Assembly (NCBI GenBank): GCA_963847185.1
Contig: CAWJYV010000007.1
Coordinates: 608,001-672,000, forward strand
DNA length: 64,000 bases
Origin: an uncultured Methanosarcinaceae archaeon
Lineage (GTDB): Archaea; Halobacteriota; Methanosarcinia; Methanosarcinales; Methanosarcinaceae
Direction: 5' to 3'
Below the pieces are notes generated by a model. The model saw only the letters and a list, made by a program, of their open reading frames with translations, made no database searches and was not told the DNA's origin. This document shows positions 51,374-61,937 of the stretch, one piece after another (the first letter of the stretch is position 1; each line of letters begins with the position of its first letter). The translations under genes and the position numbers were made by a program.

Positions 51374-54247
51374 ATGACATTTCATAACGCATTCAACTCT
51401 TTTCATCCGAAAATTCAGGAAGCTCTCAAAATCCTTGGCTTTACAAAGCCCACGGAGCCTCAGGAAAGGGCTTTTCCTCATATAATGGATAGGAAACACA
51501 CCTTTTTGATAGCCCCTACAGGTTCTGGCAAGACTGAATCAGCCGTGCTGCCTGTTTTTCACAGCATCCTGAAAAAGAAGCCTGAAGCCAGAAGGGGAAT
51601 TTCTGCCCTCTACATAACTCCTCTCAGGGCCCTTAACAGGGATATGCTTTCCCGCATCGAGTTTCTCGGAAAATTGCTTGATATCAAAGTGCAGGTCAGG
51701 CATGGAGATACCCCGCAGAGTGAGAGGCAGCGTCAGTCCAGGAATCCGCCTGATGTCCTGATTACAACACCTGAGACCTTGCAGGCGATGTTTACCGGCT
51801 CTCGTCTGAGGCAGAACCTGGAAACAGTAACCCATGTTGTTATAGATGAAATTCACGAGCTCGCAGGCTCAAAACGAGGAGCCCAGCTGGCTGTGGGGCT
51901 TGAGAGACTTGTGGAGATTTCAGGAGAGTTTCAGAGAATAGGGCTCTCTGCTACAGTCGGAAACCCCTGGGAGATTGCAAAGTTTCTGGCAGGAAATGGA
52001 AGGGATTTCACTGTCATTGAAGTAGCCCTGCTCAAATTGCTGGAATTCGATGTGGTCAGCCCTCAGGTCTCGGACGGAGGCGAGATACGGGAGAAAGAAG
52101 TGCTTGAAATTGCAAATAAGGCGGGCTGCGAGCCAGAATTTGCATCTCATCTCCTTTGTATCAGGAAAATTGTGGATGAAAGCCAGTCCACTCTTATTTT
52201 TGTTAATACGCGGCAGAGTGCCGAAGCTCTGGCTGCCGGTTTTCGGAAGCTGGAAGCATCCATAGGTGTTCACCACGGTTCTCTTTCTTTTGAAGCCCGT
52301 GTGGAAGCTGAAGAGGCTTTCAAATCTGGAGCCTTAAGAGGACTTATCTGTACTTCTTCCATGGAACTTGGAATTGATATCGGAAATGTTGACCGGGTAG
52401 TCCAGTACGGATCTCCAAGGCAGGTTTCAAGGCTGCTCCAGAGAGTCGGGAGAGCAGGACACAGGTTGCATGAAATCTCCCGGGGTACTATTATTTCGAT
52501 GGAAGTGGACGATACTGCAGAGAGTATGGCGATTACTAAAGCTGCACTTGAAGGCAGGGTTGAAGAGGTTTCCCCGCACATAAAATCTCTGGATGTTGTG
52601 GCAAATCAGATCGCAGGCATGGTTATGGACTTCGGGGAGGTCGAAATCGAGAAGGTTTTCAAGGTTCTTCGAAGGGCTTACCCTTTCAAAGACCTGCAAA
52701 TTGAAGAGCTGCAGAGAGTTGTTGACCAGATCGGGGATTACAAGCTTGTCTGGCACGAAAAAGGCTCAAGAATACTGAAAAAGCGCAGGAAAAGCTGGGA
52801 ATATTATTACGATAACCTTTCCATGATCCCGGACGAAAAGAAGTACGAGATTTACGATATTGTGAGCGGAAGGCCAGTAGGAGTGCTGGACGAAGCCTTT
52901 GTTGTGAATTTTGCAGAACCTGGTGCCGTTTTTATAACAAAAGGTTACATGTGGCGCGTCATTGAGATGCCTGACCCGGGCCGAGAACAGGGAAAGGACA
53001 GGATCAAGGTCGAGCCTGTCGAGGGAATGGGAGAAGTCCCAAGCTGGACAGGCGAAGAAATCCCCGTACCTTTTGAGGTGGCTCAGGACGTAGGAAAGCT
53101 CAGGGGAGAAATTGCAACTCTTATCCATGCAGAATTCGACGATGAAGCCATTGCAGAGAAGCTGCGGATAAAATATCCTGTTGCAAGGAATGCTGTACTT
53201 GACCTGATACGCCTTATCCGCGACCATGTAGAAGGAGGCTTCCCCCTTCCAGATGCGGCTACAATAGTTATAGAAGACGAAGGAGACGCCGTGACCCTGA
53301 ACGCATGTTTTGGCCACAACACAAACGGCACCCTTGCCAGAGTCCTGACCTCTCTCCTCTCAGCCCGCTTCGGGAGCAGTGTAGCCCAGGAAGTGGACCC
53401 CTATAGGATAAGACTGACTCTTCCCAGGCGTGTCGGCCCTGTTCAGATTCGGGACATGCTTCTCTCCCTCCGTCCGGAACACGTTGAACCTATTATCGAA
53501 ATGACCCTGAAAAACACAACTGTCATGAAATGGAAAATGGTCCATGTGGCAAGAAAGTTCGGAGCCCTCTCCCGCGACGTTGACCACGACAGGATAAGCA
53601 TGAAAAAGCTCCTTGAGATCTACGAAGGCTCTTCCATGTACGACGAGGTCATCCGCGAGATCTTCCACGACCTGCTTGATGTCCCCAGGGCAAAAGAAGT
53701 CCTTACAAAACTTGCAGCCGGTGTAATTTCAGTCGAGGTATCCGGCCCGACCCCCATCGGTTCATCTGGCTTTGCCATGAAAAAAGACCTTGTAGCTCCT
53801 GAGAAAGCCGACCGTTCAATTGTCCTCGCCCTTAAAGAGCGCATTATGAACGACAAAATCATCCTATTCTGTACGAACTGCAAGAAATGGACCTCCCGCC
53901 GCCAGGTGAAAGGCGTCCCTGAAGAAATCATCTGCCCTGTCTGCGATTCCCAGATGATTGCAGCCCTCAAACCCTGGGAAGAAGAAGAAATCAATCTCGT
54001 TAAAAAACAGGCAAAAAACGTCAAAGTCACCCCCGAAGAAAAGAAACGCATCCAGCGCGTCTACAGAAACGCAAGCATAGTCCGCTCCCAGGGAAAGAAG
54101 GCAGTTATTGCGCTTGCCAGCAGGGGAATCGGGCCTGAAACTGCATCAAGGGTAATTGAAAAGATGAGGGTGGATGAAGAGGCGTTTTACAGGGATATTC
54201 TGGTTGCAGAAAGGAATTATGTAAAAACGAAGAAGTTCTGGGAATGA
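51374..54247 (+). CDS. lhr: Lhr-family SF2 DEAH-box helicase with C-terminal Zn finger
   Basis: [44 protein letters not shown]; CTNC..CPVC. Confidence 0.92.
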   Translation: MTFHNAFNSFHPKIQEALKILGFTKPTEPQERAFPHIMDRKHTFLIAPTGSGKTESAVLPVFHSILKKKPEARRGISALYITPLRALNRDMLSRIEFLGKLLDIKVQVRHGDTPQSERQRQSRNPPDVLITTPETLQAMFTGSRLRQNLETVTHVVIDEIHELAGSKRGAQLAVGLERLVEISGEFQRIGLSATVGNPWEIAKFLAGNGRDFTVIEVALLKLLEFDVVSPQVSDGGEIREKEVLEIANKAGCEPEFASHLLCIRKIVDESQSTLIFVNTRQSAEALAAGFRKLEASIGVHHGSLSFEARVEAEEAFKSGALRGLICTSSMELGIDIGNVDRVVQYGSPRQVSRLLQRVGRAGHRLHEISRGTIISMEVDDTAESMAITKAALEGRVEEVSPHIKSLDVVANQIAGMVMDFGEVEIEKVFKVLRRAYPFKDLQIEELQRVVDQIGDYKLVWHEKGSRILKKRRKSWEYYYDNLSMIPDEKKYEIYDIVSGRPVGVLDEAFVVNFAEPGAVFITKGYMWRVIEMPDPGREQGKDRIKVEPVEGMGEVPSWTGEEIPVPFEVAQDVGKLRGEIATLIHAEFDDEAIAEKLRIKYPVARNAVLDLIRLIRDHVEGGFPLPDAATIVIEDEGDAVTLNACFGHNTNGTLARVLTSLLSARFGSSVAQEVDPYRIRLTLPRRVGPVQIRDMLLSLRPEHVEPIIEMTLKNTTVMKWKMVHVARKFGALSRDVDHDRISMKKLLEIYEGSSMYDEVIREIFHDLLDVPRAKEVLTKLAAGVISVEVSGPTPIGSSGFAMKKDLVAPEKADRSIVLALKERIMNDKIILFCTNCKKWTSRRQVKGVPEEIICPVCDSQMIAALKPWEEEEINLVKKQAKNVKVTPEEKKRIQRVYRNASIVRSQGKKAVIALASRGIGPETASRVIEKMRVDEEAFYRDILVAERNYVKTKKFWE

Positions 54248-54360
54248 ATGGATGAATAAGCAAATTATCAGAATGATTGTATGCTCATTTTTGGTCCAAG
54301 TCCTTTCTATATAGTTTCTCTGGAGATTGAAACTTTTAATCTCGTCTTTGGTTAAAAAGT

Positions 54361-56077
54361 TTAATTCCTTAAAATGGTGTCTTCGTTTTCTACTTTAGCT
54401 AGGGTTATAATCGATTTTGATATTTGTTTGATGGATTCCCATACTCCGAATATGCAATAGAAAGTGAAAAACACCGAAACAAATGTTACATATATAGTAA
54501 ACTTGTTGTTTGCTATCAACAATACATTGCCAACAAAGGAAAAAAAGATCCCTATTATTGCTGGAATTGCAGGATAGAAAAGCACTAAAAGGTATTGATG
54601 CAATCTTCCTTCTTCTTTTTTGTACCCATAAAGATTTCTTAACAGTTCTGGTCGAGAAAACGAAGAAAAAATTGCTATTGATGCGATTATTATGCCTAAT
54701 AATGAACTATTGATTACGATTGTATTTGATAGCATAGATTCACTGATTTTTAATATAGGACTTACGCATTTGCCTGCTTTGCAGGCAACTTTTTAATTTT
54801 TTCGATATTTAGGTTAAGGTATAGATTGGCTTTTTTAAAAATTGACTAACAGCATTTCTTGTAATGTTCCACTTTGTTTCAAACCATGTAACTCCTGTTT
54901 TTATCCTTTGAATTTCAAATCTTAGAAATGCTCTTATTGCCATCATAATATGTGCTCTCTGCACATTGTTTCTTCTTGCCTGACAGCGTTCTACTCCACA
55001 AAACTGTTTTATTCCCCTACGAGACCTTCAATTTTCCAGGATTTTTTCCCTAACTCTTTCCTTTTTTCTTCTTTCATATCCAGTACATCTGTAGCCCAGT
55101 ATTGCGCGTCTCCGTCCTTGGAAACTATCCAAAATACCTTAATAAAGCCATATTCTTTCAGATGAACTGTCATTCCTTCTGGTGGAATAGTTAACAATTC
55201 AATTGCTACATTACCAGTCTTATCAGGGTTAACTAACCGGTTTTTCTTCAACCTTGTTAACCAGTGCCATCCTTTTTTCCTGATGTCTTTGAGATTCTTT
55301 ATGCTTGAATACCATGTATCAAAAAGAACAAATTCTGGTCTAAAACCACGTTCTTCTGCCTTATTTAGCATGTCAAGGAAGTGATCATTTTTTGTTTTTC
55401 CGTCAGTATCTATATCGTAAATTCTAAAGTCAACAGGAATTATAGCATCATTATATGTCCAGACAACGGTTTCAAGATTGATTCCATTTACAATCTGATG
55501 ATGTTTACCACTCCATTGCCTGTAAACAAGATCGATGTGTTTGGAATAAGGTTTATCGAGAACAGTATCATCGATAATAAGAAAGCCAGTTTCAGGAATG
55601 ACAAAAGTCTTGACTTCGTCCCATAAAGCCTCCGTTTCCGGAGGCTGCCTTAGAAGAAGACGAGAAAAAGAGTCATGAGATGGACTATTAGAGTCTATAA
55701 AACTGCACTTAGAAGCTTCAGTACAGCTGAAGACGCGAGAAGAAGCAATGAGAAAGTTGATATAATCAAGGTCGTGCAATTAGTTGGTTGATGTTATTTA
55801 ATTCAAAAACATTTTTATATATCACAACATATTATTTTAAATGCAATTCAGTATGATTTACAAAAGTGCTTCAACCGCGTAAGTCCTATAATACAAAGAT
55901 TTTAGATTCTTGCTGTGATTCAAAGTTTAGTGAGAAATATATTATTAAGAGTAGCAGAATAATGGCACAAAAAAATGACCGAAGAAAATCACTAGAAAGA
56001 ATGATATCTTTGATAGAGTACGACTGGATAAAATAGTTAGGGCTCAAATCATCTTTTTTGTAATTTTTAGAAGTCAT
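54361..56077 (-). pseudogene. Membrane-protein gene (~192 aa) interrupted by the IS701-family element
   Basis: Removing 54756-55888 plus one TAATA copy joins ORFs 55886-56077 and 54361-54735 in frame (..KIFVL-KISES-MLSNT..). Confidence 0.85.
54756..55888 (-). mobile_element. IS701-family insertion sequence with frameshifted transposase
   Basis: TIRs TAGGACTTACGCA / CGCGTAAGTCCTA; 5-bp TSD TAATA; transposase motifs IIDDTVLDKPYS, WSGKHH, VLFDTWYS; start eroded; frameshift after SWKIE, with the C-terminal GIKQFCGVERCQAR in another frame. Confidence 0.93.
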
Positions 56078-56532
56078 TTTACCTTCATACGTATCTTTTT
56101 CGATTTATTTCGCAAAGCATAAGTATTTCGCCAGTTTACTTAAAGATTAAGTTTATACACTAAATATTAAGGTTTTGATTTATGGCTAATCTTGGAGTTG
56201 CTTTTGCGAGACTTTTATTGAATAATCATGGAAACGAAGTAAATTTAATAGATTATTCGTATAAAGTCCTACAAGGTAGAAATGATATTGATACATAAAA
56301 AGCAGGTATTTCTAGAACTGGAATCAGAGTCCTAAAACACCAACCGCATAATGATAGACGATCAGAATTCTTTTCTTCTAATCTATTCTGGAAAAGCTGC
56401 GCTCTAGCGCGGAAAAAACCCGTGAAGACAGCTAATACGGTTGCTTCGGTTTTAGAGATTAATTATAGAACTTCCCTGGCAGCCTTTTCACTCCAGCATA
56501 CCTTTAAATGATCACAAACAAAATATACTGAC

Positions 56533-56860
56533 ATGGAGAATGCTGCTGGCACAAAGAGTTGTTCGAAAAAATCTCTTCCTTCCTTGAAAAAGAAGGAGCG
56601 ATAACGGTAGCTGTCTTTGGCTCTTACGCAAGAGGAGAAGAAAAGAGGAAAGCGATATCGATATTCTTGTGGAGTTTCGAAAAAAAGGTCTGAGAATCCT
56701 TTTTCGGACTGAGAGAGAATTGTCAGAGTTTCTTGGAGTAAAAATAGGTTCACTTACTGGGGAATCAATAAGTCCGTACCTTATTGATGGAATCAAAACA
56801 AAAGCTAAAGTAATCCAGGCATAAAAAGAATGACTTTGTTTACCTCAATTCATATCCTCA
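56533..56860 (+). pseudogene. Decayed MNT nucleotidyltransferase antitoxin followed by the first codons of a HEPN/DUF86 toxin
   Basis: Plus-strand frames give VAVFGSYARGEEK / ESDIDILVEF..ERELSEFLGVKI..ISPYLIDGIK and then KKNDFVYL / HIL; frameshifted. Confidence 0.75.
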
Positions 56861-57152
56861 AAAATTCAAGCTTCTTTTTATATGACTCCAGTTTCTGCTT
56901 CAGATAGATTAAGATTTTTTAATTTGTACTGATAAATGAAAGTTTCAAGGCTGTGCCTTTCAAAAACTAAGTAAACCCCCAAAATAGCGGCGCAATCGGA
57001 TGATTTTCTACCGACGAATTTAAGGGGGGCTGGGGCGGAAATATAATAAAACAGTTATATCGCTCCGACTTTTTGCGGTTCTAAGATAACTTTCACTTCA
57101 ATTTTGGCGGTCGCAGTTTTAAATACACAGACTAAATGTTATTCCGGTAAAG

Positions 57153-57313
57153 ATGGAAGGCAAGAGCTTGAATTATCGGTTCTGATCGAGCAGGACGAAG
57201 ACGGGATATATATTACTAAAATTCCTGACATCCCGGGCTGTTATACTCCGGGAAAAACAGTTGAGCAGGCCATGGAGCGTATAAAAGAAGCGATACAGGT
57301 CTGTGGAAGCTGA
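57153..57313 (+). pseudogene. HicB/UPF0150 antitoxin remnant
   Basis: MEGKSLN, frameshift, then SVLIEQDEDGIYITKIPDIPGCYTPGKTVEQAMERIKEAIQVC. Confidence 0.75.
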
Positions 57314-57512
57314 ATAACGTGAAAAATACTTTTTAATATCAGAAGTCCCATTTCTTTTTTGAGCTCTGAAAGGGGTATCAACGTTCCTTTTTCTAGTTCT
57401 CATAACTTTCATCTACGAGCTTTCTCTCTTCATCAGTGAGTATGCGGTCTGTGTCTACCTTATAATATCTTACGCTATCTCGACATAATAAATGGATTAA
57501 ACAAAATCACTG

Positions 57513-57905
57513 TCAGTAACTCATTTTCCAGGAGTAATATTTTTCCAAGTCATCTTTAATAAGGCTAGCTGCAAAAGCAAGCACCGCGATATCATCTACA
57601 AATCCAATTAAAGGAAGAATATCCGGAGAGATGTCTATCGGACTTATTAGATACAGGAGTGCGAATGTTATCACGAATACTGTTTTCTTTGGAACAGGGT
57701 ATTTCCCATTAAAGGAATCTGTTAACATGGAAAACAATAATTCCAGATAATCCCAAATTCTCCTGGGGTCTGCTGGGCGGTAATGGGCGCCTCTCACTTT
57801 TTCTGGAAAAATCACGCTATTATCAGAAACCCTCTCTAAGCTGACGTTTGATCGTTCAAGATCTGTTTCAATTTTCTCCTCTCTTGTATTATAAATTTTA
57901 TCCAT
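57513..57905 (-). CDS. YkvA (DUF1232) family membrane protein
   Basis: ALLYLISPIDISPDILPLIGFVDDIAV. Confidence 0.9.
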   Translation of the reverse strand: MDKIYNTREEKIETDLERSNVSLERVSDNSVIFPEKVRGAHYRPADPRRIWDYLELLFSMLTDSFNGKYPVPKKTVFVITFALLYLISPIDISPDILPLIGFVDDIAVLAFAASLIKDDLEKYYSWKMSY

Positions 57906-58531
57906 TATTAATCCCCCAATCTTGTATTAAGTTGTATAAAGGATTCCTTAAACTAACTATCAAGTTGGATTTTTCTTCTTTCGTATCAATTGAGACAATT
58001 AATACTCTTTCTAAAAGTAAATCAAATTTTGGCTCTATGGAAATCCTAGTTTGTTGCATCATTAAAAAAAGGATCTAAATTAAGTACAAGTTCCTGTTTC
58101 TGCAAGAATTACAGGTGCACTTAAAATAATTGAATGCAAATAAAAATAGTAATAATAATATATTAAGCTTGTTAAAGTTAGTCTGAAGACTGCTTAATCT
58201 TCCAAAATGAACCTCTGTTCTGATGAATTCTCATAATGGATTCTTATGCAATTGAACTGAAAAATTTCGCACCATGAATATATTTAAAAAGGATTAACGA
58301 TATATTTATAGTAATCACCTGTTTCTGGGGGGAAACGGTCTTTGGATATCTATCAGTTTAAATATTTAGCTGCTACAGGCATTGTCGTTATGTGGATTCT
58401 AAGTTATTTTTGCATGACATAAAAAGGTTAAAAATGTACTAAAAAAGCAAAAGAAAGGAAATTATTAAAAATTATAGAGGAAAATTTAGAAAAATGTTAA
58501 AGGCAAAGGTTCAGTTCAGATTACTATAATA

Positions 58532-58951
58532 TTAAATTACTATAATATTAAGTTTGAATTTCTGTTCTGCACCTGTTTCCTGTTCCCAGGATCTCTTGTA
58601 TATCCCTTCTATCTGCTGTTTGCCTCTAGCTGTGGCTTTTATTTCCCATAAATGAACTCCTCCGGCACCTACAATGAGCTTGTTAGAAGGATTTGAAGAG
58701 ATATATTCATCTGACTTCAATTTGAGCCCTTTACTCATAGTTAGGTTCCATGAGTAGCCCGTACTCGGGTTTTCCTTAAGCTTTAAGTAAACAGTATCTC
58801 CCTTTTTGAGAATGATGAACTTTCCGTTGTCGCTTTCGGTTATTATTTTATGTTGATTTATTGGATGAGGTGCAGCACAAACTGTAGCTGGAATCGTTGC
58901 CAGAATCAAGCATATTATTAAAACTGTTACCCCAAGTCGATTCTTCGACAT
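58532..58951 (-). CDS. Protease inhibitor I42 (chagasin) family secreted protein
   Basis: LKENPSTGYSW, VGAGG, YKRSWE; signal peptide. Confidence 0.92.
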   Translation of the reverse strand: MSKNRLGVTVLIICLILATIPATVCAAPHPINQHKIITESDNGKFIILKKGDTVYLKLKENPSTGYSWNLTMSKGLKLKSDEYISSNPSNKLIVGAGGVHLWEIKATARGKQQIEGIYKRSWEQETGAEQKFKLNIIVI

Positions 58952-59406
58952 CTCATTACCCCCCATTAAAAGCAGTTACTCAATAAATTGTCTTCTCTTG
59001 TCGGCTTCATTTTGCCAATTTTTATAATTCTATAAGACTTACACAAATCAGATCGATTCTATGCAGGAATACCTGAAATAACTAAAAATTTTAGAATTGA
59101 TCTGTATATGACTAAAGAATATATAAATTAGAACGAATATAATATTCTTATACTAAATAATTATAAAATATATAAAAAATTTATAAAAATATATTTTCTT
59201 TTAAATAATATACTTACTTTTAAATAATCTTCCCATAAAATCTGTTTTGGAATCTTAATTTTATTTATTTTTTCTATATTTTTAAGTTATCTGCTTTTAA
59301 TGATTCACTTTAAAACTAAACAACTTACAAAAAGGATCCCAGCCACAACATTTGGGGGAGTCTGGAGAGTGTAATTATAAGTTTCTTTCATTTGTAGTCC
59401 ACCAGA

Positions 59407-59808
59407 TTATGGAATTTTTGAAGCTACGGTTTTTTCTATTATCAAATTAACTGTTCCTGAGTTAAGTGGTTTAGCATGAATATGGTAAGTTCCATTTTCT
59501 TGTACAGTAAACATCGGATGGTAAGGAAGATAATTTTTCCTGGATTCCGTCAATTTAAATGTGTCTTCAAAAACGATTAACGAACCCTTGCTTATTGTCA
59601 CATTTATCTTCTCTGGACCTTTGTAATTTTCAATTAAGAGTTTATAATTCACACCCTTTGTGAGATCTACCGGAAAATCTGATTCGCTTGATACTGTTTT
59701 TGATATCACATTTTCCCCTCCTCCATGAAGTGCTGTAGCTACATAATATATAAAAATCAATATGTAAAGCCATTTAAGACCTCTGTGTTTTTTAGGTTCT
59801 TCTGGCAT
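59407..59808 (-). CDS. Membrane-anchored hypothetical protein
   Basis: Basic N-terminus, TM, beta-rich domain. Confidence 0.6.
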   Translation of the reverse strand: MPEEPKKHRGLKWLYILIFIYYVATALHGGGENVISKTVSSESDFPVDLTKGVNYKLLIENYKGPEKINVTISKGSLIVFEDTFKLTESRKNYLPYHPMFTVQENGTYHIHAKPLNSGTVNLIIEKTVASKIP

Positions 59809-59966
59809 CTTTTCCCCCTCTTTCAAGCAATATTTCATACTCAAATAGCTTTCATCTAAATCTCTTTCCTCTGTCGCAGCTTTATTTTTGATATGCTTTA
59901 TTTTTTTCTAAATAAGGTAAAAGGATAGTTACAGTTTATCAGAAGGTTACAACATTGGATCAGGAT

Positions 59967-60896
59967 TCACTGCTTGTCGTCTACAACTCTTAAAACAATC
60001 TTCCCACGCGCGTGACGACTTTCACTGATCTCATGCGCCTTTTGTGCATCCTTCAGAGGAAGTATAGTCGTCACTATCGGTTTGATCTGTTGCTCATCTA
60101 TTATAGCTGCAATTTGAGTGAGCTCTTTTCCATCAGGCTGGGTCGTGAGTCTTTCTGCACGTACTCCATATTTTTCAGGAGCATTCTCTGGAATAGTGGC
60201 CACAGTCGTTACCAGAAATCCACCGGGTTTTAAGACTTCCCATGACCTCTCAAGAGTCTCCCCTCCTATTGTGTCCAGTACCACGTCCAGCTTGCTAACT
60301 AAATCTTCAAATCGCTGGTTCTTGTAATCAATTACTTCATCTGCACCTATGCTTTTCAAAAACTGCAAATTGCCACTCGAGGCAGTTCCAATGACATGTG
60401 CTCCTTTCCATCTGGCGAACTGGACTGCAAAAGTCCCGACTCCTCCGGCAGCTCCATGAATGAGTATGGACTGCCCTTTTTCGAGTCTGGCAATATCAAA
60501 GAGCGATTGCCAGGCAGCCAGTCCCGCAGTAGGAATGGCAGCGCTTTCTACAAACCCTATACTTTTTGGCTTCCGTGCAACCTGCGTGGAGTTAACAACA
60601 GCGTATTCAGCATATCCTCCCTGACCTATCGATACTTTGGCAAAGATTTCTTCTCCGGTTTGAAAGGTAACTTCTCCTTTCCCTACAGAGTCTACGATAC
60701 CTGCAATATCCAGTCCAACAGTCATCGGCAAGGGGAATTCACCTATCAGACCTTTGCGTATCTTCCAATCTATCGGATTGACTCCTGCTGCAATTATTTT
60801 AATTCGAACTTCACTCTGGCCTGGCTCAGGCTCAGGAATTTCCTCGTACTTCATAACTTCTGGTCCCCCAAACTCATGAATCCTTATCGCTTTCAT
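59967..60896 (-). CDS. NADP-dependent oxidoreductase, MDR/quinone reductase family
   Basis: HEFGGPEV, AAGVNPIDWK, IHGAAGGVG, HARGKIVL. Confidence 0.92.
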   Translation of the reverse strand: MKAIRIHEFGGPEVMKYEEIPEPEPGQSEVRIKIIAAGVNPIDWKIRKGLIGEFPLPMTVGLDIAGIVDSVGKGEVTFQTGEEIFAKVSIGQGGYAEYAVVNSTQVARKPKSIGFVESAAIPTAGLAAWQSLFDIARLEKGQSILIHGAAGGVGTFAVQFARWKGAHVIGTASSGNLQFLKSIGADEVIDYKNQRFEDLVSKLDVVLDTIGGETLERSWEVLKPGGFLVTTVATIPENAPEKYGVRAERLTTQPDGKELTQIAAIIDEQQIKPIVTTILPLKDAQKAHEISESRHARGKIVLRVVDDKQ

Positions 60897-61006
60897 AATC
60901 CGTACCTCAAAATGTACTTTCACTAGATCTTTTGTCCAAGCACCCTTGTGAGAAAGATAGGAAAACCGCAGATTTTTGGTTTTGATAAATTTCCTTTATT
61001 TTTACC

Positions 61007-61300
61007 TCAATTAACAGTTATCAGGTTGCACGCAGGTTCCGAAGACGATATGAAAGAAGTTCTATCTCCACTATGTTTTACGACATATCTCCGATTTTCG
61101 AAATAATTAAAGTTATCAACAATCCCATCCCTGTAAATTTCCCCGCTGTTATTGTAAACTATTTCACCTACTCTTATGTCACCTACCGATTTCCCTTTTT
61201 CAGAACCCTTATTTTCCGTCAAGCTGTATTTTTCTGTGTTTGAAGCCACTGTAAAAAATAGAATGACTATAAAAGGCAGCAAAGCTCCTGTTAATCTCAT
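61007..61300 (-). CDS. Small exported hypothetical protein
   Basis: Signal-like N-terminus, GGGGG ribosome-binding site upstream. Confidence 0.45.
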   Translation of the reverse strand: MRLTGALLPFIVILFFTVASNTEKYSLTENKGSEKGKSVGDIRVGEIVYNNSGEIYRDGIVDNFNYFENRRYVVKHSGDRTSFISSSEPACNLITVN

Positions 61301-61937
61301 GTTAACCCCCCACTATTTATTTATATTCAAATGATTCTATTTTAATTTTCCCAGCTTACTGAACAGTATTCAAATTAGATATTTCCTATGTTTTTTATTT
61401 AATTCCAGAGGATGAATCAGGGGGTTAAAAATCGATTTTTTCAAATTTTCCTTGAATTTCTGGGATATCCTGCATCAAAGAGTGTTTAGGTCAATAAAGG
61501 GTGTTTCTCGCTATGATAAGTTTCGTGAGACATGCCTCTTCACATCACCAAATTTCTAGTTCTGAGTTAATTTTATATAACAATACAATTTTTTTATATA
61601 TGATGTTGATTTCAAAATTTGAAATGTTTGGGCTAATAAATGCTATCATTATATCATTTAATGACTGCGTAACAGCCATCTAATTAAACTAGATATGAAT
61701 AAGTGAGAAATTTTTGCTGAGTGTTTGGTTCTTTCTTATTTTATTTTTAAAGACTGAATTGAAAGTCTGGAGTTTCAAGTGGAGATAGCAATCTTAGAAA
61801 TCCCGCCAGGTGTTTGTTACTGAGGGCTTCAACACATCCTGTAAAACCTTGCATAAGTTTCTCTCTTAATGTTAACTCAAATAACTATTAAAAACGTGTC
61901 TAGTTACTCAATTTAAAATTCTACTACGGTGTTTACC

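Noticed and set aside
56463-56796. Two minus-strand ORFs
   Set aside because: Antisense shadows of the plus-strand MNT pseudogene
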